A stretch of 64,000 nucleotides of DNA from positions 39,703-103,702 of the forward strand of contig JBAXEI010000002.1 of NCBI GenBank assembly GCA_037140515.1, written 5' to 3'. The stretch comes from Candidatus Berkelbacteria bacterium. GTDB lineage: Bacteria; Patescibacteriota; UBA1384; XYA2-FULL-43-10; 1-14-0-10-43-13. Position numbers and translations under genes: made by a program. Position 1 is the stretch's first letter; every line of letters starts with the position of its first letter. Under the pieces are notes generated by a model that was given only the letters and a program-made list of their open reading frames with translations, was not told where the DNA came from and did no database searches. Shown piece after piece: positions 48,801 to 58,550 of this stretch.

Positions 48801-50660
48801 TTGTCAAATATGAAAGAATTGCAAAAAATTGAATACGAAGTAGGAAGTAATCATACAATAAACTCTGTGTTAGAAACATTGAGTAATTTTGGTTATGAGA
48901 TAGTTCAAAATATTGAGAGCTCAGCCGAAGCATCTAAAGCTGGCGGAAATATACAAATATTTCCAGTAAATTTTGTAAATCCAATAAGGCTGGAGTTCTT
49001 TGGAGACAATATTGACGCAATTGTTGAGTTTGATAAATCAAGTAATAAGAAGATTCGGTCTCACAATTTCGTTGACTTGAACAAAAATACTTTGACTCTG
49101 GATGATAATTCAGCAATTCGCCCCGGTGATTTTATTGTTCATGAAGATCATGGAATCGGCGAATTTAGATATCGAAGCGCTCGGATAATCGCCGATGAGA
49201 TTGTGCATTATGTGAACATATCATACTTAAATAATGCGCTATTATGTGTACCAAGCGATCAAATTCCGAAAATATCTAGATATATTGGTGTAGGTCGAGC
49301 TAAGCCAAAGCTAAGTCGCCTTGGCAGTCCTGTTTGGAAGAAAACTTATCAAAAAACTTATGAAAATGCATTGCTTTTGGCGAAAGAGCTTCTCATAGTT
49401 TATGCAAAACGTCACATTGCCAGAAAAACTCCGCGATATATTAATTATGATTGGGAAAATGAAGTAGAAAAGACTTTTCGTTTCGCACAGACCCCAGATC
49501 AAAATGCAGCAATCAAAGATGTCTATAGCGATATGACCAAAAATGTACTAATGGATCGCTTGATTTGTGGTGACGTTGGCTTTGGCAAAACTGAAGTTGC
49601 AATTAGAGCTGCAGTACAAGCGGTCGCAAATGGATTTCAAGTTGTGATCTTAGTGCCGACAACTATTCTTGCAGAACAGCACAATGAGACTCTTAGAGCC
49701 CGTTTGAAGGATTTGCCGATTTCCGTCGAACATATTAGCCGATTGGTCGAACCAAAAATTCAAAATGAAATTATCGAAAAAACCAAAAATGGTTTGGTTG
49801 ATATTCTTGTTGGAACTCATAGGCTCGTAAAGGGTAGTGTCGAGTTCAAGAACTTAGGGCTTCTTATCATTGATGAGGAGCAAAAATTTGGCGTTAAGGA
49901 TAAGGAAAAGCTAAAGAAATTCCGAGAAGATCTTGATGTTATTTCGTTGACTGCAACCCCAATCCCGCGAACTCTATATATGGCGCTTTCGGGGATTCGT
50001 GAGATATCGCAGATTCAGTCAGTCCCATTTGGCAGACAGAGCATTGAGACTGCTGTCATCCCTTTTGAGAAAAAATCAGTGCTAGACTATTTAAAAAACG
50101 AAAAAGCACGTGGTGGACAGAGCTATTATTTGCATAACGAAGTAGCGACTATTCAGAGCGTCCAGAAGTGGCTATGTAAGGAACTGCCTGATTGTAAAAT
50201 CGAGGCCGGCCATGGTCAGATGAGCGAAACGAAGCTTGGCGAAAATATGCGCGAGTTTGCAGCCGGAGAAATTGATATATTGGTTTGTTCAACAATCATC
50301 GAAAATGGTCTCGATCTGCCAAATGTAAATACGATGATTGTCGACGAAGCTGATCGTTTTGGTTTGTCTCAACTATATCAGATCAGAGGTAGAATCGGAC
50401 GAAGCAGCAAGAAGGCTTATGGCGTTTTCACCTATCAGAATAAGAAGCTGACTCCAAATGCCGTAAGACGCCTCAAGGTCTTGGCCGAGAATACTGAGCT
50501 TGGTGTTGGCTATAATTTCGCGATTGAGGATTTGGAAATACGTGGCGGAGGGAATATACTAGGAAAAGAGCAGCATGGAAATATGGAGGCAGTGGGTTTG
50601 ATGCTCTACTCGAAACTGTTGAAATTAGCAGTGGAAAAGTTGAAAAAAGAAGCTGCATAG
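48801..50660 (+). CDS. mfd: Transcription-repair coupling factor, compact form. It lacks the N-terminal UvrB-homology D1a/D1b and much of the C-terminal D7.
   Basis: RID/CarD_TRCF region FIVHEDHGIGEFRYRS. SF2 helicase motifs GDVGFGKTEVA, DEEQKFG, TATPIPRT and QIRGRIGRS. Confidence 0.8.
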   Translation: MSNMKELQKIEYEVGSNHTINSVLETLSNFGYEIVQNIESSAEASKAGGNIQIFPVNFVNPIRLEFFGDNIDAIVEFDKSSNKKIRSHNFVDLNKNTLTLDDNSAIRPGDFIVHEDHGIGEFRYRSARIIADEIVHYVNISYLNNALLCVPSDQIPKISRYIGVGRAKPKLSRLGSPVWKKTYQKTYENALLLAKELLIVYAKRHIARKTPRYINYDWENEVEKTFRFAQTPDQNAAIKDVYSDMTKNVLMDRLICGDVGFGKTEVAIRAAVQAVANGFQVVILVPTTILAEQHNETLRARLKDLPISVEHISRLVEPKIQNEIIEKTKNGLVDILVGTHRLVKGSVEFKNLGLLIIDEEQKFGVKDKEKLKKFREDLDVISLTATPIPRTLYMALSGIREISQIQSVPFGRQSIETAVIPFEKKSVLDYLKNEKARGGQSYYLHNEVATIQSVQKWLCKELPDCKIEAGHGQMSETKLGENMREFAAGEIDILVCSTIIENGLDLPNVNTMIVDEADRFGLSQLYQIRGRIGRSSKKAYGVFTYQNKKLTPNAVRRLKVLAENTELGVGYNFAIEDLEIRGGGNILGKEQHGNMEAVGLMLYSKLLKLAVEKLKKEAA

Positions 50661-50683
50661 AATAAATTAATAGGTGAGGGTCC

Positions 50684-51775
50684 ATGACAATACTGAATAA
50701 AAACAAATGTTTGCTTGGACTCATAAGTCACCCGAATATTGGAATTCAAACGATCAAAAAGATTCTCCTTGCCTATGATAATGATATTGATAAGGCCTGG
50801 AATGCGCATCAAGATGATTTAGCAAAACGCCTTGATAGAAAGATCATACTTTTGCTTACGGATGCGAGAAACAAATTTGATCCGGATACCGAAATAGAGA
50901 AACTTGCAAAGCTCGATGTTGGCTATGTGACGATGTATGACAAAGCCTATCCAGAGCTGCTAAAGCAACTATATGATTTTCCACCTGTGCTATTTGTAAA
51001 AGGAAATATTGAGGTGCTCAAAGCAAAAAGTCTTGGTGTTGTCGGCAGCAGAAAATACACAAATTATGGTGCTAAAATGTCTCATAAATTTTCAAAAGAG
51101 TGTGCCGAAAACGGCTTAGTCATTGTTTCTGGCTTAGCCCTTGGTATAGATGCGATCGCACATCAAGCCGCGGTTGACGCAGGAACGCCTACTATTGGGG
51201 TCCTAGGGTGCGGCCTTGACCGAGTTTATCCAGTTAGCAATTATCATCTTGGGGAAGCAATAATACGAGGCGGTGGTGCCATAGTCTCCGAATATCCTCT
51301 TGGTACACCCCCAATGAAGCAAAACTTTCCGCAAAGAAATAGAATAATCGCTGGCCTTAGTGTCGGCACATTAGTCATCGAAGCGGCAGAACACTCAGGA
51401 GCTCTGATTACTGCTTATTCAGCACTCGAAAACAATAGAGACGTTTTTGCGATACCTGGAAATATCGATGCTGAAACTTCATATGGAACTAATGAGCTTC
51501 TAAAAAAGGGTGCAAAGTTGGTGACAAAAGTCGAGGATATCCTTGAAGAAATGAATATCAAGATAGCAGACAATCATACAAAGTATGAAGAATATATTCC
51601 GAATACGCCAGAGGAAAAGATAGTATTTAGCTTATTAAAAGTAGATTCTAAGTCAGCCGATGAAATGGTTGCGGAGACAAAAATGAATGTTATCGCGTTA
51701 AATGCGACATTGTCTTTAATGGAGCTAAGTGGAGCAATCCAAAACATTGGTGGTGGCAGATATAAACTGAAATAA
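50684..51775 (+). CDS. dprA: DNA processing protein A (SMF).
   Basis: GSRKYTNYG..., GLALGIDAIAHQAAVDAG, IGVLGCGLDRVYP. Confidence 0.85.
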   Translation: MTILNKNKCLLGLISHPNIGIQTIKKILLAYDNDIDKAWNAHQDDLAKRLDRKIILLLTDARNKFDPDTEIEKLAKLDVGYVTMYDKAYPELLKQLYDFPPVLFVKGNIEVLKAKSLGVVGSRKYTNYGAKMSHKFSKECAENGLVIVSGLALGIDAIAHQAAVDAGTPTIGVLGCGLDRVYPVSNYHLGEAIIRGGGAIVSEYPLGTPPMKQNFPQRNRIIAGLSVGTLVIEAAEHSGALITAYSALENNRDVFAIPGNIDAETSYGTNELLKKGAKLVTKVEDILEEMNIKIADNHTKYEEYIPNTPEEKIVFSLLKVDSKSADEMVAETKMNVIALNATLSLMELSGAIQNIGGGRYKLK

Positions 51776-51913
51776 TTTTATTATTTTATCATTTTAATAC
51801 AATTTATTAATTCAGAGAATTTGCAATAATATAGATCTGATTTGATTTTTATTCATAATGTTGTTAATTTATCTAAAGTGTTCGAAAAAATAAAAGGAAG
51901 GGAAAGAACAAAA

Positions 51914-54094
51914 ATGAATCTAGTGATCGTCGAGTCGCCAGCAAAGGCGAAAACAATCGAAAAATATCTAGGCAAAGATTTCAAAGTCTTGGCCTCTTTT
52001 GGTCATGTCCGTGATTTACCAGAAAAAAACATTGGTATTGATATAGAAAATAATTATGAACCAAAATATGAAGTTTTAGCGAAAGCAAAGAAAACACTTG
52101 CTGCTCTCAAGGATGCATTGAAAAAATCAGATATGGTCTATCTCGCGACTGACTTGGACCGAGAAGGAGAAGCTATTTCTTGGCATTTGACTCATGCGCT
52201 TGGTTTGAAGCTTTCAAGCGATAAAGTAAAAAGAATTGTTTTTCATGAAATTACAAAATCAGCACTCGAAAACGCTGTTGCGAATCCAAGAGGCTTGGAT
52301 CTAAACCTTGTTGACGCACAACAGGGTCGTAGAGTTCTTGATCGACTTGTTGGCTATAAGCTCAGTCCACTTCTTTGGAAAAAGGTAAAAAAGGGCCTTT
52401 CGGCCGGCCGTGTTCAGTCCGTGGCTGTTCGGCTCGTAGTCGAGCGTGAACGTGAGATTAAGAATTTTGTTCCTGTCGAATATTGGTTTCTGGGCGTTAG
52501 CTTAGCCGATCAGAAAAAGAAAGATGTCTTTACTGCATCCTTGGTTCAAGTAGATGGCAAGCCAGTCGGCAAAATGACGATCAAGACAAAGGACGAAGCC
52601 GACAAAATAGAGAAAGATTTAGAGGGCGCTTCATACAAAGTCATACAAGTTAAACATGACGACTCTATCCGTAAACCGTCTGGGCCATTTACAACTTCCA
52701 CGCTTCAAATGGAATCTTCTCGAAAGCTCGGTTACTCTCCGAAACAGACTATGATGATTGCTCAGCACCTTTATGAAGCTGGTCACATCACTTATATGAG
52801 AACTGACTCAACAAATATATCTGCCGATGCTGTAGCAGCAATCAATACAACAATTACATCTCAATTTGGCGAAAAATATTTGAATAAGGGTAATAGATCT
52901 TTTGCAACCAATACGAAACATGCGCAAGAGGCTCATGAAGCGATTCGCCCAACTCATTTTGACAAGATGGAAGTCTCTAACGATAGGCAGGAGCAAAAGC
53001 TTTATGAGCTGATCTGGAGACGAACGGTTGCTACTCAGATGGGGGACGCAATATTTGATATTATTACAGTCAAGATTGAAGCAAAAGCGACTAAGGATTT
53101 TATTTTTGATGCGAAAGGTGAGGTAATAAAATTTGACGGCTTTATGAAACTATATCTAGAAGGAAAAGATGAAGAATCTGAAGATAATATTTCAAAAATC
53201 CCAAATCTTGCCGAGGGTGAACTGCTCGATTTCATCAAAATGTTGAAAAATCAAAAATTCACAGAGGGTCCAAAAAGATATAGCGAAGCAATGCTTGTGA
53301 AGAAGCTTGAGAGTCTTGGCATCGGTCGTCCGTCGACCTACGCGCCAACGCTTGAGACAATCCAAAATCGTGGCTATACAGAACTAATCGATAAAAAATT
53401 TCAACCTACTGAGATCGGAACTATTGTAAATGATCTGCTTGTCGCAAATTTTCCTATCGTCGTCGATTATAAGTTTACCGCAAACATGGAAGACGAGTTT
53501 GATGAGGTCGCAGAAGGAAAACTTGATTGGCATAAAGTCATTGATGAATTCTATGTTCCTTTTGCGAAGACTCTAAAAGAAAAAGATAAAGAACTAAATA
53601 AAAGCGACATCATGCCCTTAGAGGAACTAGAAGAGGAATGTCCAAACTGTGGCAAGAAGCTTGTAGTTCGTTTCGGACGCTTTGGCAAATTTATTGCATG
53701 TCCAGGATATCCTGAGTGTAAATACTCTCGTCCGCTCGAGACAAAAGCAGAAGAGAAGAGCTCAGAGGTCTCGGATGGTGAGGGCGGTATGGAGAGTCTT
53801 GTTGATGCTGAAAAAGAAAAATGCGAGAAATGTGGTGGCAAGATGATGCTCAAGGAAGGGCGTTTCGGTAAATTTCTTGCTTGTGAAAATTATCCAACAT
53901 GCAAAAATACAAAGGCTATTGTAGGCAAAACTGGTATCAAATGTCCGAAATGCGAGAAGGGCGAAATAATTGAGAAGAAAACAAAAAGACGTCGGAGCTT
54001 CTGGGGCTGTTCACGATATCCTGACTGTGACTATGCAACTTGGGATAATCCAACAGTCAAGAAAGATGAAACAACCGCTGAGCAAGGAGTATGA
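51914..54094 (+). CDS. topA: DNA topoisomerase I with three C-terminal C4 zinc ribbons.
   Basis: MNLVIVESPAKAKTIEKYLG Toprim, the active-site Tyr region, and three CxxC...CxxC modules. The track ORF begins at 51842. Confidence 0.9.
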   Translation: MNLVIVESPAKAKTIEKYLGKDFKVLASFGHVRDLPEKNIGIDIENNYEPKYEVLAKAKKTLAALKDALKKSDMVYLATDLDREGEAISWHLTHALGLKLSSDKVKRIVFHEITKSALENAVANPRGLDLNLVDAQQGRRVLDRLVGYKLSPLLWKKVKKGLSAGRVQSVAVRLVVEREREIKNFVPVEYWFLGVSLADQKKKDVFTASLVQVDGKPVGKMTIKTKDEADKIEKDLEGASYKVIQVKHDDSIRKPSGPFTTSTLQMESSRKLGYSPKQTMMIAQHLYEAGHITYMRTDSTNISADAVAAINTTITSQFGEKYLNKGNRSFATNTKHAQEAHEAIRPTHFDKMEVSNDRQEQKLYELIWRRTVATQMGDAIFDIITVKIEAKATKDFIFDAKGEVIKFDGFMKLYLEGKDEESEDNISKIPNLAEGELLDFIKMLKNQKFTEGPKRYSEAMLVKKLESLGIGRPSTYAPTLETIQNRGYTELIDKKFQPTEIGTIVNDLLVANFPIVVDYKFTANMEDEFDEVAEGKLDWHKVIDEFYVPFAKTLKEKDKELNKSDIMPLEELEEECPNCGKKLVVRFGRFGKFIACPGYPECKYSRPLETKAEEKSSEVSDGEGGMESLVDAEKEKCEKCGGKMMLKEGRFGKFLACENYPTCKNTKAIVGKTGIKCPKCEKGEIIEKKTKRRRSFWGCSRYPDCDYATWDNPTVKKDETTAEQGV

Positions 54095-54705
54095 TGATTG
54101 ATCCTGTGATGAAAAAAGCCGCTATAGATTTGGCCTGCGAAATTACAAACAAATGCGGTGACGTGATGCATGGTGTTTCGCATCTCGAAAGTGTTCTCAA
54201 CTATTCAAATATGATTGTCAAAAGTTATCCTGAGGCTGATCTTGATATATTAGAAATTTCAGTTTGGTGGCATGATGTTGGTCGTTTGTATCTTGATCGT
54301 GGCCACGCTCTGAAAAGCATGGAAATGGCGATCGAAAGTCTGACGAAGATTGGTTTTGATGCTTCTGACGTCGAAAAAATTAGTATTGCTATCGAGAGTC
54401 ACAGTAATAGTAGCGAAAAAAAGCCATCCACTATCGAGGGAATAATTCTTAAAGATGCTGACAAATTGGATTTCTTGACTTCTTTACGTTGGCAAATAGG
54501 AATGGACAACGATAGAACCAAGGAAATAGAGATTGGAATTGACAAGATACCGTTGATTCTCACTGATATTCTAATATTACCCGAGTCAAAAGAAATCTAC
54601 GCTGAATTATTTACGAATCTGGTAAATTATCTAAAGAAATCTGACAATCCTTTTATCAATAAATATAAACCGACGATTGCTAAACGTTGGCAGGTTAATA
54701 TCTAA
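54091..54705 (+). CDS. HD-domain phosphohydrolase-like protein.
   Basis: HGVSHLESV...WHDVGRL...KDADKLD suggests an HD motif. ATGA overlap with the topA stop. Confidence 0.55.
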   Translation: MMIDPVMKKAAIDLACEITNKCGDVMHGVSHLESVLNYSNMIVKSYPEADLDILEISVWWHDVGRLYLDRGHALKSMEMAIESLTKIGFDASDVEKISIAIESHSNSSEKKPSTIEGIILKDADKLDFLTSLRWQIGMDNDRTKEIEIGIDKIPLILTDILILPESKEIYAELFTNLVNYLKKSDNPFINKYKPTIAKRWQVNI

Positions 54706-54708
54706 AAT

Positions 54709-55308
54709 ATGCTTCCAAAATCAGTTCAAAATCTTATAGACGAATTTTCGAAATTGCCTGGTGTCGGCCCGAAATCGGCTGCTAGACTCGCTTTTTACTT
54801 GCTGACGAAGCCAAAGTCTGATGTTGAGTCTCTCGGCAAAAGCATCTTGGGCCTTGTTGAAAATCTTAAATACTGCGATATCTGCTACAATATTGCCGAG
54901 ACTGAAGTTTGTGCAATTTGTAGCAATTCCGAAAGAGATCCTTCAATCATAACCGTGGTCGAAGAACCTTTGGACGTGATCGCGCTTGAGAAATCTCTGG
55001 GAATTAACGGCCTTTATCATGTGCTCGGGGGCGTGATTTCACCGATCAACGGTGTCAGTCCTGAAGATTTGCGAATTGATCAGCTTATCCGGCGAGTTCA
55101 AAATGGTGAGATCAAAGAGATAGTGCTTGCGACTAATCCGAACCTTGAGGGAGAGGCAACAGCTGCGTATCTTAAAAATAAAATTTTCGCAGTAAATTCT
55201 GAGATCAAAATTACTCGGATCGCTCGTGGGCTCCCAATCGGTGGTGATCTGGAATATGCCGACGAGGTGACACTGAAGCGTTCGCTAGAAGGGCGTAGGG
55301 ACTACTAA
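54709..55308 (+). CDS. recR: Recombination protein RecR.
   Basis: HhH LPGVGPKSAARLAFYLL, C4 zinc finger CDICYNIAETEVCAICSN, and a Toprim domain. Confidence 0.9.
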   Translation: MLPKSVQNLIDEFSKLPGVGPKSAARLAFYLLTKPKSDVESLGKSILGLVENLKYCDICYNIAETEVCAICSNSERDPSIITVVEEPLDVIALEKSLGINGLYHVLGGVISPINGVSPEDLRIDQLIRRVQNGEIKEIVLATNPNLEGEATAAYLKNKIFAVNSEIKITRIARGLPIGGDLEYADEVTLKRSLEGRRDY

Positions 55309-55386
55309 ATTGGCCAGAATAATTTGTTGAAAAAGTAGTCAGGGACTGATAAAATTCTTGAATTAAAAATAGGTGGATAACTCTTC

Positions 55387-55416
55387 TTGACAATCAGCTA
55401 CATTGATCGCTAAAAT
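55387..55416 (+). promoter_or_regulatory. Near-consensus sigma70 promoter for the small Zn-ribbon protein gene.
   Basis: TTGACA, 18-nt spacer, TAAAAT. Confidence 0.5.
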
Positions 55417-55459
55417 CCAATGCAGTTGATGAAAAATTAAAACAAAAAGAAGAGGTCAA

Positions 55460-55696
55460 ATGAGGGAAGAAAAATTCTGCTGTCCAAACTTAGATTGTGG
55501 CTTTACTAGCTACAATAGTGGTGAGTGTCCTGAGTGTGGAAAAGAATTGGACAAGATCAAAGGCGACGATTATGCATCTTTCAATAGCGAAACAGAAGAA
55601 GACAGTCCAGCAGAAGTAATGATGAGCGACTTCGACGATGATCCAGACGTGACGTCTTGGTATAAGGACGAAGAAGGCTCATATTCAGCCATGTAA
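55460..55696 (+). CDS. Small zinc-ribbon protein with a highly acidic C-terminus.
   Basis: CPNLDCG...CPECG 4-Cys ribbon. D/E-rich tail. Has its own promoter and terminator. Confidence 0.5.
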   Translation: MREEKFCCPNLDCGFTSYNSGECPECGKELDKIKGDDYASFNSETEEDSPAEVMMSDFDDDPDVTSWYKDEEGSYSAM

Positions 55697-55705
55697 TTCC
55701 ACTAA

Positions 55706-55739
55706 AACTCGAGGGAACTCTACGCCTCGAGTTTTTTTA
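55706..55739 (+). terminator. Rho-independent terminator.
   Basis: Perfect 9-bp stem aactcgagg/cctcgagtt with a 10-nt loop, followed by TTTTTTT. Confidence 0.65.
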
Positions 55740-55805
55740 TTGGAAATGAGCTGAAATTATGCTAGAATAATATTAGATTGTCAAAGAATTAACGAGAATA
55801 ATCAT

Positions 55806-57152
55806 ATGAAACTATACAACACGCTGTCGGCTAAAATTGAAGAATTCAAAACTATCGAGGGCAAGAAAATCCGAATGTACACATGCGGTCCAACAGTTTA
55901 TGATACCGCCCATATTGGCAATCTCCGCAAATACCTTTGCGACGATATTTTGGTGCGATTGCTCAAATTTGAAGGTTCTGAGATCAAGAGAGTAATGAAT
56001 ATTACTGATATCGATGACAAGACGATCAAGCGTGCTGAGGGCGTCAAAAAAGATTTTGATATTTTAATCAGAAAATACGAAAATCAGTTTCTTGCAGATC
56101 TAGATTCTCTAAATGTTTTACGACCAGACAAAGTAACGCGTGCGACTGAGTATGTCGAGGACATGGCGGCTTTTGTTGAGGACCTTTTGAAAAAGGGCTT
56201 TGCTTATAAAACTTCTGATGGCTCTGTATATTTCTCTCTCGAAAAGTTCCCATCTTACGGAGAGCTTTCAAAGCTGGATAAGCGCGAGATTAAGGTCGGA
56301 GCTAGAATAAATTCTGATGAATATGAGAAGGAGAATCCTTCCGACTTCGTGATCTGGAAGGCTTGGGATGAAGCTGATGGAGAGATTTTTTGGAACACTT
56401 CACTCGGCAAGGGTCGTCCAGGTTGGCACCTAGAGTGCTCGACAATGAGCATGAAGGAGCTCGGCGAAACGATCGATATTCATACTGGCGGTATTGATAA
56501 TATTTTTCCGCATCATGAAAATGAAATTGCTCAATCTGAAGCCCGAAGCGGTAAGAAGTTTGTAAACTTCTGGGTTCATAGCGAAATGTTGATGGTAGAT
56601 AGTCGCAAGATGAGCAAAAGCTTGAATAATTTTTATAAATTGGCCGACATTATCGAAAAAGGATATTCTCCAATGGACTTTCGATATTTGGTGCTTACTG
56701 CCCAATATCGTTCTAAGCTAAACTTCACCTGGGATGGTTTGGAATCTGCAAAAAACAGCCGCGCTCGTCTAGTGCGCTTGGTTCAGGAGTTCGCAAAGGC
56801 AGATAAGGGCGAAGCTAATGAAGGTTACATTGCAAAATTCAAAACATATTTGGAAAATGATATTGATCTGCCAAATGCAATCGCTGTCCTTTGGGAAGTT
56901 GCTCGCGATGAGAGTATTTTTGCTGGATCGAGATATGCAACAATGCTTAGGTTTGATGAGGTGCTTGGCTTGAAGCTTGGCGAAAAAGATGCTCTTGAAA
57001 TCCCAGCAAATATTCTAGAAATCGCAAATGAAAGAAAAGCAGCACGAGAGAACAAAGATTACGCCAAATCTGATGAATTACGGGATAAGATTGCGGCTCT
57101 TGGCTATATAATCGAAGACAAAAACAATGAGTTCACAATCTCTCCAAAATAA
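55806..57152 (+). CDS. cysS: Cysteinyl-tRNA synthetase.
   Basis: CGPTVYDTAHIGN (HIGH-class) and KMSKSLNN. Confidence 0.9.
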   Translation: MKLYNTLSAKIEEFKTIEGKKIRMYTCGPTVYDTAHIGNLRKYLCDDILVRLLKFEGSEIKRVMNITDIDDKTIKRAEGVKKDFDILIRKYENQFLADLDSLNVLRPDKVTRATEYVEDMAAFVEDLLKKGFAYKTSDGSVYFSLEKFPSYGELSKLDKREIKVGARINSDEYEKENPSDFVIWKAWDEADGEIFWNTSLGKGRPGWHLECSTMSMKELGETIDIHTGGIDNIFPHHENEIAQSEARSGKKFVNFWVHSEMLMVDSRKMSKSLNNFYKLADIIEKGYSPMDFRYLVLTAQYRSKLNFTWDGLESAKNSRARLVRLVQEFAKADKGEANEGYIAKFKTYLENDIDLPNAIAVLWEVARDESIFAGSRYATMLRFDEVLGLKLGEKDALEIPANILEIANERKAARENKDYAKSDELRDKIAALGYIIEDKNNEFTISPK

Positions 57153-58131
57153 TTTTTGGAACAAACTACATAAACCGTTTAAGGTGCTCGCACCGATGGC
57201 TGGCTATACTGACAGCGCTTTTCGGTTGCTTTGCCGCGAGCTTGGCGCTGATGTGGTTGTTTCAGAGCTAGTCTCAGCTGATGCGATTTTTCATCAATCA
57301 AAATATTGGTACAAAGATGAAAATAACACTTGGCTTTCAAAGCGCGGCAAAGATGAAACACTTGAAATGTTGAAGTTTGACGAGGCGGAACGGCCATATG
57401 TTATTCAGCTTTTTGGTAAATTTCCAGATAAGTTTGCTTTCGCCGCGAAGTGGGTGAGCGAAAATTTGAGACCCGATGGGATTGACATCAATATGGGCTG
57501 TCCAGCCAGAAAAGTCGTAAATAGCGATCATGGTGCCGCACTCCTGAAAAATCCTGAGCTAGCGGTACAAATCGTGAAAGCGGTCAAAGAAAATACCGAT
57601 TTGCCAGTTTCGGTAAAAACGCGCCTTGGTTGGGACCATGATGATCAGATACTCGAATTCGCGCCGCAATTGCTGCGTGCTGGGATCAGCGCACTGACGA
57701 TTCACGGCAGAACCTATAAAGACGCCTTCAAAGGCGCCGCTCGTTGGGACAATATTTATGAAGTCAAAAAGATGTTTGGCGATGAGCTAATCGTAATCGG
57801 TAACGGCGATATATCATCGTATGAACAATTAAGCACTTTAGCAAAAGATCCTTTTGGCGAGACAAGGCTTGACGGCTTGATGGTCGGCCGGGCCGCCTTT
57901 GGCAAGCCTTGGATCTTTTCGAAAGAAAGTATGACAAATGATGAACTGAAGATGATTATTTTGAAACAAGCACGATATATGTTAAAAATTAAGGGAGATT
58001 TCGGCATGATCGAGTTCCGAAAGCACCTTGTGAAATATATCACTGGCTTCGTAGGAGCTAAGGATCTACGAAAGAAGGCAGTGACCGTTACAAGTTTTGA
58101 AGACGTTGAGAGCCTAGTGAGCGAACTTTAG
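57127..58131 (+). CDS. dus: tRNA-dihydrouridine synthase.
   Basis: LAPMAGYTDSAFR, DINMGCPARKV and HGRT. Overlaps the cysS end by 26 nt. Confidence 0.85.
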   Translation: MSSQSLQNNFWNKLHKPFKVLAPMAGYTDSAFRLLCRELGADVVVSELVSADAIFHQSKYWYKDENNTWLSKRGKDETLEMLKFDEAERPYVIQLFGKFPDKFAFAAKWVSENLRPDGIDINMGCPARKVVNSDHGAALLKNPELAVQIVKAVKENTDLPVSVKTRLGWDHDDQILEFAPQLLRAGISALTIHGRTYKDAFKGAARWDNIYEVKKMFGDELIVIGNGDISSYEQLSTLAKDPFGETRLDGLMVGRAAFGKPWIFSKESMTNDELKMIILKQARYMLKIKGDFGMIEFRKHLVKYITGFVGAKDLRKKAVTVTSFEDVESLVSEL

Positions 58132-58141
58132 ACACGAGGTA

Positions 58142-58170
58142 TTGACATAGTTGAGGATTTGTGGTAAAAT
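58142..58170 (+). promoter_or_regulatory. Near-consensus promoter with an extended -10. It has no adjacent CDS, so it is a candidate sRNA promoter.
   Basis: TTGACA, 17-nt spacer, TGgTAAAAT. Located 11 nt after the dus stop and 520 nt upstream of the next CDS. Confidence 0.5.
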
Positions 58171-58422
58171 TGCTCTAACAAGGGGAAATTTACCCGACAT
58201 CAAAGACAATCTATAGAAGTTTGCTTGTAGCAAGGATGGGGATCGTGCTGGACAGATTGTTTATCTGTGCGTACGTCAAAAACCTTGCTTTTTTGTTTTC
58301 TTATTTCTGACTGGGATCTTGGGATATTAGGATGATAGATTTATAGATTGACCGGCAATGAAGGTCCGTTAAAAAAAGTGGATCTGGCTAAGTTAGTCTC
58401 TGTCATTTCTCACCTTTCTCCT

Positions 58423-58453
58423 GGTTAGAACTAAGCGCGCAAAACAAGCAAAT
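58423..58453 (+). repeat. 31-bp direct repeat, copy 1 (ggttagaactaagcgcgcaaaacaagcaaat).
   Basis: Exact 31/31 identity with 58520..58550. Confidence 0.8.
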
Positions 58454-58519
58454 TCATGAATAAATTTCATCGTCTGGATCCCACCTCTCAAGCCACAGGC
58501 TGGGATGACAGGAAGGGGA

Positions 58520-58550
58520 GGTTAGAACTAAGCGCGCAAAACAAGCAAAT
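58520..58550 (+). repeat. 31-bp direct repeat, copy 2.
   Basis: Exact copy. 66 bp separate the two copies. Confidence 0.8.

Noticed and set aside
58423-58550. Possible mini CRISPR array (two identical 31-bp repeats).
   Set aside because: Only two repeats with a 66-bp spacer. No cas genes in the window. The repeat has no typical CRISPR terminal motif. Operator or att-like duplication is more likely.
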